Source of the DNA: Polyangiaceae bacterium
Lineage (GTDB): Bacteria; Myxococcota_A; Polyangia; Polyangiales; Polyangiaceae
Reading direction: 5' to 3'
Length of the DNA: 64,000 bases
NCBI GenBank assembly: GCA_965222375.1
Contig: CBDCTZ010000009.1
Span: 32,001-96,000, forward strand
Made by a program: the position numbers and the translations under genes. Every line of letters starts with the position of its first letter. The stretch's first letter is position 1. Shown here in pieces: positions 48,557 through 57,441 of the stretch. The notes beneath the pieces are model-generated. The model worked only from the letters and a program-made list of their open reading frames with translations. It had not been told where the DNA came from and ran no database searches.

Positions 48557-48908
48557 CAACTCGTTCACGACGCGTCAGCCCTTCAGCACGCGGGCGTGAG
48601 CGTGAGGGCGCGCGTGAGCGTGGGCGTGAGGGCGAGGGCGGGCGGTTGCGGCAATTCGTTCACGACGCGTCAGCCCTTCAGCACGCGGGCGTGAGCGCGA
48701 GGGCGCGCGTGAGCGTGAGCGTGAGTGGGCGTGGGCGCGGGCGCGAGGGCGGGCGGTTGCGGCAATTCGTTCGCGATGCGTCAGCCCGTCAGCAGCCACG
48801 CCCGCTCACACGCCCACTCACACGCCCACGCCCGCTCACACGCTCACGCCCACGCCCACTCACGCCCTCAGGCCCGCGCACAGGCCCACTCACACGCTCG
48901 CGCCCACT
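48557..48908. repeat. Composite repeat: three copies of a ~32-bp core separated by hexamer tracts, ending in an inverted tract
   Basis: CAAYTCGTTCRCGAYGCGTCAGCCCKTCAGCA at 48557, 48652, 48763; 48797-48908 is the CACGCC/CTCACA complement of the GCGTGA tracts. Confidence 0.85.
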
Positions 48909-48924
48909 CCAGGCGCTGCGGAAC

Positions 48925-49860
48925 TTACTCGCTGACTCGGTAGTCTTGCGGGAAGTAGAAGTTGTAGCTGATAGTCAGCATCTGGTTGAACCGAAACTGC
49001 TGGTCCTCTGCGGTGATCTTGTTGTCGGGGAACTCGGCGTCTTTGCCGCCGCCCTTGGTATCGAAGCCACCGGTGTTCCATGCGAAGGGTAGGCCGCGCC
49101 ACTCGAAGCCGATGGCGTTCCACTTGTTCACGTAGAAGGTGAAGCCGAGGCCAAAGGTGGGGGCGATGGCCACGCGGCTTTCCTTCTTGAAGGAGTCCGG
49201 CGTGTCGCAGTCCGTGCCCTTGGCGGGATCGCACTCTTTGCGCTCACTGACGCCGATGAAGGCGGGGCCAGCGAAGAAGTACAAATCCGTGTCGACGTAG
49301 ATGCTTTGGAACAGGGCCAGCTTGCCGCGGAAGGGGACCGCGGTGATCTGCGGGGAGACCATCCAGTCCATGCCGCCGATCTGCTCTTTGAAGTCGGGCC
49401 CCTGGTTGACGGCGGTCAGCTTGCAGTCCGTGGAGGTGCCCACGACGTTGCCGTTGCCGTCGCGGCAGCCGCGACCCTCGTTTACCTTCTGGATTTCGTC
49501 CGACAGGCCTGTGGGGATCTTGATGGCGCCAAAAGCGCCGAAGGCTCCCAGGCCCAGCCAGTCCGTGATGTTGTAGTTGAGGCGTGCGCCGAACAGGATC
49601 GTGCGCTGGTACTCGTCCAGCAGCGTGAAGCTGACTGCGGGGGCTACCTCGATGCGGCCTTCACGATACAGGCGCAGTTTCCGCACCGCGGGCGCGCCCG
49701 CGAGGGGACCCGTCAGCAGGATTTCCTGCGCCTCCGCGTTTCGCTCCGTCGCAACCAAGCAAAATGCGCCCGCCGTCAGCGCTAGAGCCAGGCGTCGGGT
49801 GCCTCGAGTCTTCGTCATGGTGGTCGTTCCCATTGCTCCCTGACCTATCTGCTGTCCCAT
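48925..49860 (-). CDS. Myxobacterial outer-membrane beta-barrel protein (GltA/GltB-like)
   Basis: Signal peptide, LYREGRIEVAP, alternating beta strands, GKLALF, aromatic C-terminal strand. Confidence 0.8.
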   Translation of the reverse strand: MGQQIGQGAMGTTTMTKTRGTRRLALALTAGAFCLVATERNAEAQEILLTGPLAGAPAVRKLRLYREGRIEVAPAVSFTLLDEYQRTILFGARLNYNITDWLGLGAFGAFGAIKIPTGLSDEIQKVNEGRGCRDGNGNVVGTSTDCKLTAVNQGPDFKEQIGGMDWMVSPQITAVPFRGKLALFQSIYVDTDLYFFAGPAFIGVSERKECDPAKGTDCDTPDSFKKESRVAIAPTFGLGFTFYVNKWNAIGFEWRGLPFAWNTGGFDTKGGGKDAEFPDNKITAEDQQFRFNQMLTISYNFYFPQDYRVSE

Positions 49861-50858
49861 CACTTCGGCAACCTGTACTCGAAGGAGAACGGTAGGAAGA
49901 TTGAGATACCGACCTGCGCTTGGACGTGGTTGGTGATCTTGCTGTCACCGAACCAAGTTCCTTCGTCCAGCTGCTCCACAAGGGTCCCCGCGATCTCGGT
50001 GCTCTCGAGCTTCTCGTTGTAGATGTAGTCGCGAACTTCGAGCATTGCCGCGAACCAGCGGTTGAAGAAGATGCGCAGACCGAGGCCCGCGTTGAACGCT
50101 AGCTTCGGCTCGAACTCGAAGTTCCGGTTGTCGGGGTCGATGACGGGAATCGGACGAGTGCTGATGGCACCGACGCCGCCCACCACGTAGGCGTCGTAGT
50201 GGAAGATGAAGTCTTGGAAACCCGCGAACTTTCCGTATGCGGGTACGTACGTGAAGTTGAGGGCAGCGCTCCAGTCGTACTCCGTCAGCGGCACGCCCAC
50301 GCGAGCCGCGCGACGAACCTGCGCGTTGAAGTCGCTGTCGACGTTGAACGGGCGGTAGTAGTTGAAGTTGGCGCCAATCGCGAGGACGTTGGTGATGTAG
50401 TAGTTCAGCGCCAGACCAGGCCCGGGGTGGCTCACGAACTGGTCATTCAAGGTGAACGACCAATACGGATTGACCTCGAAGCGCCGGACGCGCAGCGCGA
50501 ACTGCTGCTGGACCGCGTAGATCTGCTCGTTGAGCGGCTTCGCGGCCTCCTTATCCATGTCCAGCTTGGGGCAGGCGGCGGGGTCGATCTCGCAGATGTC
50601 ACCTAAACCCTCTCCGCCAGGCAGATCGCCGGGGAGTTCTTCCCCTGGCAACTCGCCCTCGGGGATATCCCCTTCGCCTTCGCCGGCTTCTCCGCCAGCT
50701 TCCCCACCGGCTTCACCGGCTTCGCCGGCTTCGCCTGCCTCGCCGCCAGCTTCTGCTGCGGCTTCGTCTTCTCCTGCGGGTGCTCCCTGGGCCCAGGCGG
50801 ATGCCGGGACCGCGCTGAGCGCCGCCGCAACGAAGAGCGCAATGCGCGTGTTCTTCAT
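49860..50858 (-). CDS. Myxobacterial outer-membrane beta-barrel protein (GltA/GltB-like)
   Basis: Signal peptide AWA-Q, IYAVQ, SFTLNDQF, PAYGKFA, GISIFLP. Confidence 0.83.
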   Translation of the reverse strand: MKNTRIALFVAAALSAVPASAWAQGAPAGEDEAAAEAGGEAGEAGEAGEAGGEAGGEAGEGEGDIPEGELPGEELPGDLPGGEGLGDICEIDPAACPKLDMDKEAAKPLNEQIYAVQQQFALRVRRFEVNPYWSFTLNDQFVSHPGPGLALNYYITNVLAIGANFNYYRPFNVDSDFNAQVRRAARVGVPLTEYDWSAALNFTYVPAYGKFAGFQDFIFHYDAYVVGGVGAISTRPIPVIDPDNRNFEFEPKLAFNAGLGLRIFFNRWFAAMLEVRDYIYNEKLESTEIAGTLVEQLDEGTWFGDSKITNHVQAQVGISIFLPFSFEYRLPK

Positions 50859-50962
50859 CGATGCCTCGTGACCGTTTCCTCTACAACGACTGCTCAACGA
50901 ACCGCTACGACAGCCCCGCAACTACTTAGAATTATTAGCTAAATCCGCAATAGGCAAACGCG

Positions 50963-51010
50963 GCGTGACTATATCACGCGGGGTTTTTCGCAATCAACCA
51001 CGAAAAACCC
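50963..51010. promoter_or_regulatory. Two adjacent inverted repeats (operator and/or ftsY terminator)
   Basis: GCGTGA-N5-TCACGC (50963-50979) and GGGTTTTTCG-N10-CGAAAAACCC (50981-51010) in an AT-rich intergenic region. Confidence 0.45.
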
Positions 51011-51061
51011 TTTCGCGGCTGAGCGAGCCCCTCAGGTCGCGCTTCTGAAGGCCGAAACCCC

Positions 51062-52291
51062 TCATGCAGCGTCAACTTCGGCCTCTTTTCCGAGCAAAGC
51101 CTCAACGAAGGCGTCCGGTGAGAAATCATGAAGATCGTCAGGTCGCTCGCCCAATCCGATGAAACGGACCGGCAGCTTCAGGGTGTCGCAGATCCCGAGG
51201 ACTACGCCGCCCTTGGCCGTCCCGTCCAATTTGGTGAGCACCAAACCCGTCATGGTCAGGGTTTCTGCGAACTCCTTGGCCTGAGCCAGGGCGTTTTGGC
51301 CGGTTGTGGCGTCGATCACGAGCAATATCTCGTGAGGGGCCCCATCCAAGGCCTTGCCGGCTGTTTTTGCGATCTTCGTCATCTCCGACATCAGGTTGGT
51401 CTTGGTGTGAAGACGACCCGCGGTGTCGGCCAGCACGACGTCGGCGCCGACTTCTTCGGCTTTCTTGATGGCATCGAAAACGACGCTGCCGGGATCCGCG
51501 CCGTCCTTACCTTTGACGACTTCGCAGCCGACTCGCTGACCCCACACGATGAGCTGTTGCACCGCGGCCGCTCGGAAGGTGTCGCCGGCCGCAAGCACAC
51601 AGCTGCGGCCTTCGCCAACGAGCTTGGTCGCAAGCTTGCCGATGGTGGTCGTCTTGCCCGCACCGTTCACGCCCACCATCAAGACGACAGTTGGTTTGCC
51701 GCGAAGTGGGAAGGCACCTGCTTGGCCATCAACATTGAGCATGTCGCTGGCTTCGGCACGCAGGGCGTCCCACACCTTCGCGGTGTCCGACAGCTCGCCC
51801 TTGGCGAGCCGCTCTTTGAGCCGCTCCAGGATTGCCTCGGTAGTCTGCACGCCAACGTCGGACGCGAGCAGCACTTCTTCGATATCTTCGGCGATGCTCG
51901 CGTCGATCTCTCGGGTGCCGGTCAGCAGCGCCTTGAGCTTGCCGAATAGTCCCTCTTCCCCGCGCGCCTTGGCTAGACCTTTGCGCAGGCTGCCGAGGTC
52001 CGCCGTGGAAGTGAGCGACGGCCGCGCCGGCGCCTCGGCTTCTTCCACTGCAACGTCGACGTCTTCCTCTTCTTCTTTTTCGGCTACTTCGACTTCGGTG
52101 GGAGTTGCCGCTGGCTCCGGCTTGGCCGGCACTGCCCCCTTCTTCTCGGCGGCCGGCGGGGCCTCCTTCTTGGCGGGCAGCTTGTCTTGGCGGGCAGGCG
52201 GTAGCGCTTCGGGTTCACTTTTGCGCAGGAATAGGAAGTAGACGGCCGCCAGAACGGCGACTCCCACGACCACGTAAATCAGAATATCCAT
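51062..52291 (-). CDS. ftsY: SRP receptor FtsY
   Basis: GVNGAGKTTT, DTFRAAA, DTAGR, TKLDGTAKGG; N-terminal TM. Confidence 0.98.
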   Translation of the reverse strand: MDILIYVVVGVAVLAAVYFLFLRKSEPEALPPARQDKLPAKKEAPPAAEKKGAVPAKPEPAATPTEVEVAEKEEEEDVDVAVEEAEAPARPSLTSTADLGSLRKGLAKARGEEGLFGKLKALLTGTREIDASIAEDIEEVLLASDVGVQTTEAILERLKERLAKGELSDTAKVWDALRAEASDMLNVDGQAGAFPLRGKPTVVLMVGVNGAGKTTTIGKLATKLVGEGRSCVLAAGDTFRAAAVQQLIVWGQRVGCEVVKGKDGADPGSVVFDAIKKAEEVGADVVLADTAGRLHTKTNLMSEMTKIAKTAGKALDGAPHEILLVIDATTGQNALAQAKEFAETLTMTGLVLTKLDGTAKGGVVLGICDTLKLPVRFIGLGERPDDLHDFSPDAFVEALLGKEAEVDAA

Positions 52292-52347
52292 GTAATTGTC
52301 TTCCGGCTCGCGACGCGGGGCGGACTATACCGAACTTGGCCGCCGCC

Positions 52348-54081
52348 TCAACGCTCCCGACCGCCGGCAGATGCTCCCGGCTCTGCCTCGCGGATCCGCG
52401 CTTCTTCGGCGGCATCCGGTGGAGTAGGACCAAAGGCCGCCCGCTCGACGTTTTGCGCCCAGTTGCGGGTGGCGCCGTCCCTTCGCTCCCGCGCCATCTG
52501 TGCGACCTGCGCCGGAGTCGGATCCTCTTTGGGCTTCCAGGGAGGGCCCCGGCGCTCAGCCCAGGCCACCAGCCGCGCGAGCACCGCTCGGCGCCTCGAG
52601 ATCATCCGGATCACGACCCTCCCAGGGGCAGGCACCGGACGCCGCAGGGTCGTGTGATGAATGGCGTGAGCTTCTAGCTCAGCGCCTTCACCGACGGGGC
52701 AATCTGGCAACACGAACGCGCCTTCCGCGTTGCACTGCGTCTCGGTGCTCTCCGACTTCGCTTCGAAGCTCGGTAGGCGGATGCGCACCCATGCGTTCGC
52801 GATCGGCGTGCCTTCGTGGGCGTCGACGACCACGCCGTTCCAACCGGATCGGGGTTTGCCGGCGGCGACGACTTCTACGGATTCACGACCCGTTGCCAGA
52901 GGTTCGGACGTCTTCGCACGCTTCGCGCGCAGCGGGCGCCGCCAGCCCCGCAGGACCCAAGCGCCAATCGCCACCGCCACCAGCAGCCAAGGCAGGCTCC
53001 GCCAGGGGCTGGGTGGTCGCACCACAATGGGGACGCTGATGGGCTCTGCTGCGAGCCACCACGGTGCGCTCGGCAAGTAGCGGACCGAGAGCAGCAGTGT
53101 GCCTTCGTTGGCGAGGATGGGTCCACGCCAAACCGCGGCTCCACTTTGCACTGTCGCCGTGCCCAAGGAACGACCACCACTGAGCACTTCGATGGCGCCC
53201 GTTTCCACAGCGCCGAGCGCAGAGCTCGCGGCAACCCGGATCACGGCATCTTCTCCGGAGCGAACTGGCGCCACGTCCTGAGCCAAGGTCACGGTCACCC
53301 GAGCCGTCTTGTGCACGTGGGTCGTCGATTCCGCGCTGGAGAGCCCGCGGTTGCCCGCGAAGCGAATCCGCAGCTTGGCCGGCCCAGGCTCTCCGAGCTT
53401 TTTCGCCAAGGGGTTGAAGGAGCCGCGATCTCCCGGCGCTAGATTGATCTCCGCGAGGGGTGTGACGATGGGTCCCTGCAGCAACTCCAGGCTGACCGCG
53501 ATCGGGTCGGCAGCATCCCCGCGCTCAAAGGGTGGGTCGACCCGGGTCTCCACGTGGATCACGTGCTCCTTGCGATCCAGGGACAGCACCCGGGGTTCAG
53601 GCGCGAAAGACAGACCAAGGCTGCGCCGGGTCTGGCCGACCTGCACGCGGCGCTCGAGGCGGTCGAAGAACTTGTCGCCTTCGAATCGGACTCGGAAGGC
53701 CCCCGTGAGCGCGGTGTTCGGAAACAGGAAGCAGAACGCACCGGCGCCGTCCGTGTCCACGACCACGACGTTGCTGGTGTGGTGTAGTTGATTGCCCGTG
53801 GTCGAGCGGCAGGCCCTGGGCGGGGGCAGCTGGGTGCCGGCGGCGGCGTCGAGAGATACGCGGATCTGCGCCGCGCCAATCGGTCGCCCCGTGTCGTCAC
53901 TCAGTACGCCGCGAAGCTCGGTGCCCGCATTGCGCTGCACCGCGCGCGCATCGAGCTCCGCGCTGCCTCGAACGCGAAGCTTGGCGGCGTCCGCACTCCG
54001 AGCCCATAGCAGCGACAAAGCCGCGAACATCGCACCAGCGCGCAGAAAAGCGCAGAATGTGGGATACGAATTCGCGAGCAC
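52348..54081 (-). CDS. Membrane protein with Ig-like and carboxypeptidase-regulatory-like domains
   Basis: Signal peptide, LRGVLSDDTGRPI, TM, GVVVDAHEGTPIANA; start may be 54030. Confidence 0.75.
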   Translation of the reverse strand: MLANSYPTFCAFLRAGAMFAALSLLWARSADAAKLRVRGSAELDARAVQRNAGTELRGVLSDDTGRPIGAAQIRVSLDAAAGTQLPPPRACRSTTGNQLHHTSNVVVVDTDGAGAFCFLFPNTALTGAFRVRFEGDKFFDRLERRVQVGQTRRSLGLSFAPEPRVLSLDRKEHVIHVETRVDPPFERGDAADPIAVSLELLQGPIVTPLAEINLAPGDRGSFNPLAKKLGEPGPAKLRIRFAGNRGLSSAESTTHVHKTARVTVTLAQDVAPVRSGEDAVIRVAASSALGAVETGAIEVLSGGRSLGTATVQSGAAVWRGPILANEGTLLLSVRYLPSAPWWLAAEPISVPIVVRPPSPWRSLPWLLVAVAIGAWVLRGWRRPLRAKRAKTSEPLATGRESVEVVAAGKPRSGWNGVVVDAHEGTPIANAWVRIRLPSFEAKSESTETQCNAEGAFVLPDCPVGEGAELEAHAIHHTTLRRPVPAPGRVVIRMISRRRAVLARLVAWAERRGPPWKPKEDPTPAQVAQMARERRDGATRNWAQNVERAAFGPTPPDAAEEARIREAEPGASAGGRER

Positions 54082-54286
54082 GACGTCCTCAGGGTACCGA
54101 ATCGTGAAAACCGGGTGTGGCGGGGCGATGGATTGAAGGAGCAGACACGCTCAGCCGTCCATCCCTTATAGTAGTAGTGCGGCCGCGCGCGGGCATGATG
54201 AACCCACGAGATCTTCCGGAAGCCAGGCGACAGGAAAGCGACTTAGGTCGACGCGGAGGACCCTCGTGGTGGTAGGGTGGCCGCAA

Positions 54287-55096
54287 ATGCAGCGGGGACG
54301 GGTATGGCGCAGGGCCTTGTCGATCCTGGTCTGCGTGGTGCTTCTGGCGGGCAACGTCTTCGCCAAAGACTCCGTGCGCACCCTGTCCAAGCGTCTCAAG
54401 AACGCCGGAGACTTTCGGGTGCGTACCCAAGCCGCCCTCGCCCTGGGTGCCTCCAAGACCTCGAAGGCGGTCAAGCCATTGTGTCGTGGCCTCAAGGATT
54501 CCAACACCACGGTGCGTGCTGCGTGCGCCGCGGCCTTGGGCCGGTTGAAAAAGGGCGGCAGGTCTTGCCTGCAGAAGCGGCTGAAGGCCGAGCGGTCCAA
54601 GGCGGTCAAGAGCTCGATCAAGAGAGCCATCAAGAAGCTGTCCAAAGGTGCCACGCCAACGCTGACCAAGAGCACCGAGATCTACGTCTCGATTGGCAAG
54701 ACCAAGGACAAGACGGGGCGGAAGAGCGGAGAGGTCGATCGGGCCATCCGCAAGGCCATGAGCAAGGCCGCCAGGTCCTTGAGCGGTTACGCCGTCGCGC
54801 CCAAGTCCGAGACATCGAAGCAGGCCGAGAAGCTCTTATCTAAGTACCCCCGGGTGAAGGCCTACTACCTGTCGCCGAAGGTCCAAAAACCGAAGTACAC
54901 CGGCGGGAACCTCACCGTGCGGTTCGAAGTGGCGATCTTCACCTACCCTGGCAAAGCGCTCAAAGGCACTCTGCCCGTGAAGCTGACCCAGCAAGGCGTT
55001 GGCTCCAAAGACAAGTCCGCGGAGACGGAGTTGATCAAGATGGCAGCGGAGCGAGCAATGCAGAAGTTCTCCAAAAACGTCGGGCGGATCGATTGA
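54287..55096 (+). CDS. Secreted HEAT-repeat protein
   Basis: Signal peptide VFA-K; DFRVRTQAALALG, VRAACAAALG. Confidence 0.85.
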   Translation: MQRGRVWRRALSILVCVVLLAGNVFAKDSVRTLSKRLKNAGDFRVRTQAALALGASKTSKAVKPLCRGLKDSNTTVRAACAAALGRLKKGGRSCLQKRLKAERSKAVKSSIKRAIKKLSKGATPTLTKSTEIYVSIGKTKDKTGRKSGEVDRAIRKAMSKAARSLSGYAVAPKSETSKQAEKLLSKYPRVKAYYLSPKVQKPKYTGGNLTVRFEVAIFTYPGKALKGTLPVKLTQQGVGSKDKSAETELIKMAAERAMQKFSKNVGRID

Positions 55097-55219
55097 GGGG
55101 CGGCAGCTTCTTGCCGGTGCCGGGTGTGGGGTCGTACCCTTTACGATAGGGTCGGTTTTTGGCCGGGGCCGAACCGGGCAGGGTGCCATCTCAGGCGCTG
55201 AAATCAGGAGAGGAATGTC

Positions 55220-56002
55220 ATGGCAGAAGCAGGAGCAGCACCCGCCGCGAGGACGCCGCACAAGAGGCATCTGAGGAACTACCTGCTCGATGCCCACTTC
55301 CAGCTCAAGTACACGAGCTACCTCGTTCTGATCGCCGTCGTCCTGAGCGCAGCTCTGGGCATCGTCTTGTGGCGCACCAGCCGCGCCGTCATTGCTCAGA
55401 GTCACGAGGCCGTGCACCAAGGGGAGCAGGTCGTGGACCTGGGCCGAGAGGTCGTCGGCGAAAGCCAGAAGGTCAGCGCCGTCGTCCAGATGAACATCGT
55501 CAAAGACCCGGTCTACAGCGATAACCCTGGCCTGCTCGATGCCTTCAAGACCGACGCCGCCAAACAGGACGAGCGTCTCAAGAAACAGCAGAAGCAGCTA
55601 GAGGAACAAGCCGCATCCCTGAAAGCCCAGTCCGCGTCCTTGGCACAGCGCCAACGCACGATGTTTACGAGTCTGCTCGTGGTGCTGAGCCTGCTCGTGA
55701 TTGGGATCGGACTGGCGGGAATCGTCGTCACCCACAAAGTTGCTGGCCCCATTTTCAAGATGAAACGGCAGATGCGTGAGCTAGGCGACGGCAGCTTCAA
55801 GGTCCCCTTCGGTCTGCGCAAAGGCGACGAGCTGGTCGATTTCTTCGAAACCTATGCGGACACCGTGCGCAAACTGCGATCTCGTGAAGAACAGAATCTC
55901 GAGTTGGTTAAAGATGCCATCGCCAAGCTCGATGACGGTGAGGCCGCCACCAAGCTCGGCGAGGTGCGAGATGAGATGGAGCGCGCGCTTCAGAAGAGCT
56001 GA
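55220..56002 (+). CDS. HAMP-domain membrane protein
   Basis: Two TMs; THKVAGPI...LRKGDEL. Confidence 0.85.
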   Translation: MAEAGAAPAARTPHKRHLRNYLLDAHFQLKYTSYLVLIAVVLSAALGIVLWRTSRAVIAQSHEAVHQGEQVVDLGREVVGESQKVSAVVQMNIVKDPVYSDNPGLLDAFKTDAAKQDERLKKQQKQLEEQAASLKAQSASLAQRQRTMFTSLLVVLSLLVIGIGLAGIVVTHKVAGPIFKMKRQMRELGDGSFKVPFGLRKGDELVDFFETYADTVRKLRSREEQNLELVKDAIAKLDDGEAATKLGEVRDEMERALQKS

Positions 56003-56401
56003 TCAGAACGCGGCACGCACGTAGTCGATTTGAGCTCGCCCTTCCTCGTCGAAACGCACTCCCGCCGCGTCGAAGCGCATTCGCACGACGCTTTCGTCGT
56101 GGCGGTAGCGATCTCGCCACAGCCGCCGCGCCGCTTGTCGCAGGCGCCTGCGCTTCTGGGTATCGATGCTGGCCAAGGCCTTCCGCCAGGCCCGTTTCCC
56201 GCGCAGGCGCACCTCGACCACCACCACGGTGTCGCCGTCCCGGGCCACGAGATCGATCTCCAGATGACCCAAGCGCAGGTTGACCGCGACGATGCTCAGC
56301 CCTCGCGCGTGCAAGAACTCCGCTACGGACCGTTCCGCGCGTCGCCCGCGAGCCCAAGGGCTGCTTTCACTCGGACGGTGGGTTGCGGCCGGGATTGCCA
56401 C
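56003..56401 (-). CDS. YraN (UPF0102) family protein
   Basis: GRRAE, N.R...LEIDLVA, VEVR, RFD; start uncertain. Confidence 0.88.
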   Translation of the reverse strand: MAIPAATHRPSESSPWARGRRAERSVAEFLHARGLSIVAVNLRLGHLEIDLVARDGDTVVVVEVRLRGKRAWRKALASIDTQKRRRLRQAARRLWRDRYRHDESVVRMRFDAAGVRFDEEGRAQIDYVRAAF

Positions 56402-57026
56402 CGCCGCAGTAGTTGTTCTTGTTGTCCGGCGTCGTGCCGAAGACGCACTCGTCACCGATCTTGGTCTTGTCGTAGGTCGTGCCGTCTTTGACACAATAGA
56501 AGCCGGCGAGCTGGGAGCTACCGAGGCCGAGGTCGTCGAGGAGTTTTTCACAGCTAAATCCGCTCGGGCACTCGCAGTAGCGAGCACCGTCGTCCGTGTT
56601 GCCTGCTGCGTTCTTGCAGCGACAGGAGCAGTACACAGACGATTCGGCTCGACGATTGGTGAATTGCGGATTTACTTTCGCGGTGATGCCGTCGGCTTGG
56701 TCCGCGCCGCTGGTGCCGGGGATCCGGCAGGCTGAAGGCTCCGTCGCCGGAATGGATCCATCGGCGATGCCGGCAGCGGTCGCCTCAATCTGACCGTAAG
56801 GACAGCTGACCCGGCCCTGGAAGTGGTTCACTAGGCAAACGCGAGTCTCGCATTGGAACGACTTGCTCTCGACGTTCACCTCGTCCGCGGAGTACCCGGG
56901 GAAATTCGTCTGGTACTCGTCTTCGGGGATGCAGGGGTCGCCCACACCGCCAGTTTCACAACCAAGCGCTAGCGCCCCCGCGGCGATAGCGAGAAAATAC
57001 CAGGGGCTCGAAAACCGAGGCGTCAT
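56367..57026 (-). CDS. Cys-rich lipoprotein, CglC/GltK-like
   Basis: LALGC lipobox, VGDPC, QCETRVC, YCSCRC; divergent from gltC. Orthology rests partly on context. Confidence 0.6.
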   Translation of the reverse strand: MTPRFSSPWYFLAIAAGALALGCETGGVGDPCIPEDEYQTNFPGYSADEVNVESKSFQCETRVCLVNHFQGRVSCPYGQIEATAAGIADGSIPATEPSACRIPGTSGADQADGITAKVNPQFTNRRAESSVYCSCRCKNAAGNTDDGARYCECPSGFSCEKLLDDLGLGSSQLAGFYCVKDGTTYDKTKIGDECVFGTTPDNKNNYCGGGNPGRNPPSE

Positions 57027-57284
57027 TCTTGGGCTTTCCGACTCGAGGTTGAGATCAGTTACGCTCACAGCGGACCTCTGCCAGCTGCAGCGCAACCGAA
57101 CCGTAGTCGAGCGCGCCAAGAGGCGTCAACGCCAATCCGACCCACGGATTTGGGCGGTTACGGGTCTCATCAGAGCCGGGCATCTTGGGCGGCCCGGTTC
57201 AAGCCGCACTAGATTTGCGTGGAGGCGAAATCTGGATGATCGACCGAACGGACGGGTACGCGAACGAAAGCCAGGGGGTGGCGC

Positions 57285-57314
57285 TTGACATTGATCGGCG
57301 GCGGTATCTAACAT
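57285..57314 (+). promoter_or_regulatory. Possible sigma70 promoter of the gltCDE operon
   Basis: TTGACA-N18-TAACAT. Confidence 0.4.
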
Positions 57315-57441
57315 CGCGCCGACCGCGCTGGTATCTATCGATTCTCATTGGTATTTTTCCGCCCGTAGGGGGCGGTATGGGGAGAAGCGGAGCTGCTGCC
57401 GCGTCAACCCCCAGCGCCTGAACGTATTTAGAGAGGTTTGC

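Noticed and set aside
48557..48800. CRISPR array
   Set aside because: Inter-repeat segments are long, low-complexity and similar to each other; no cas genes.
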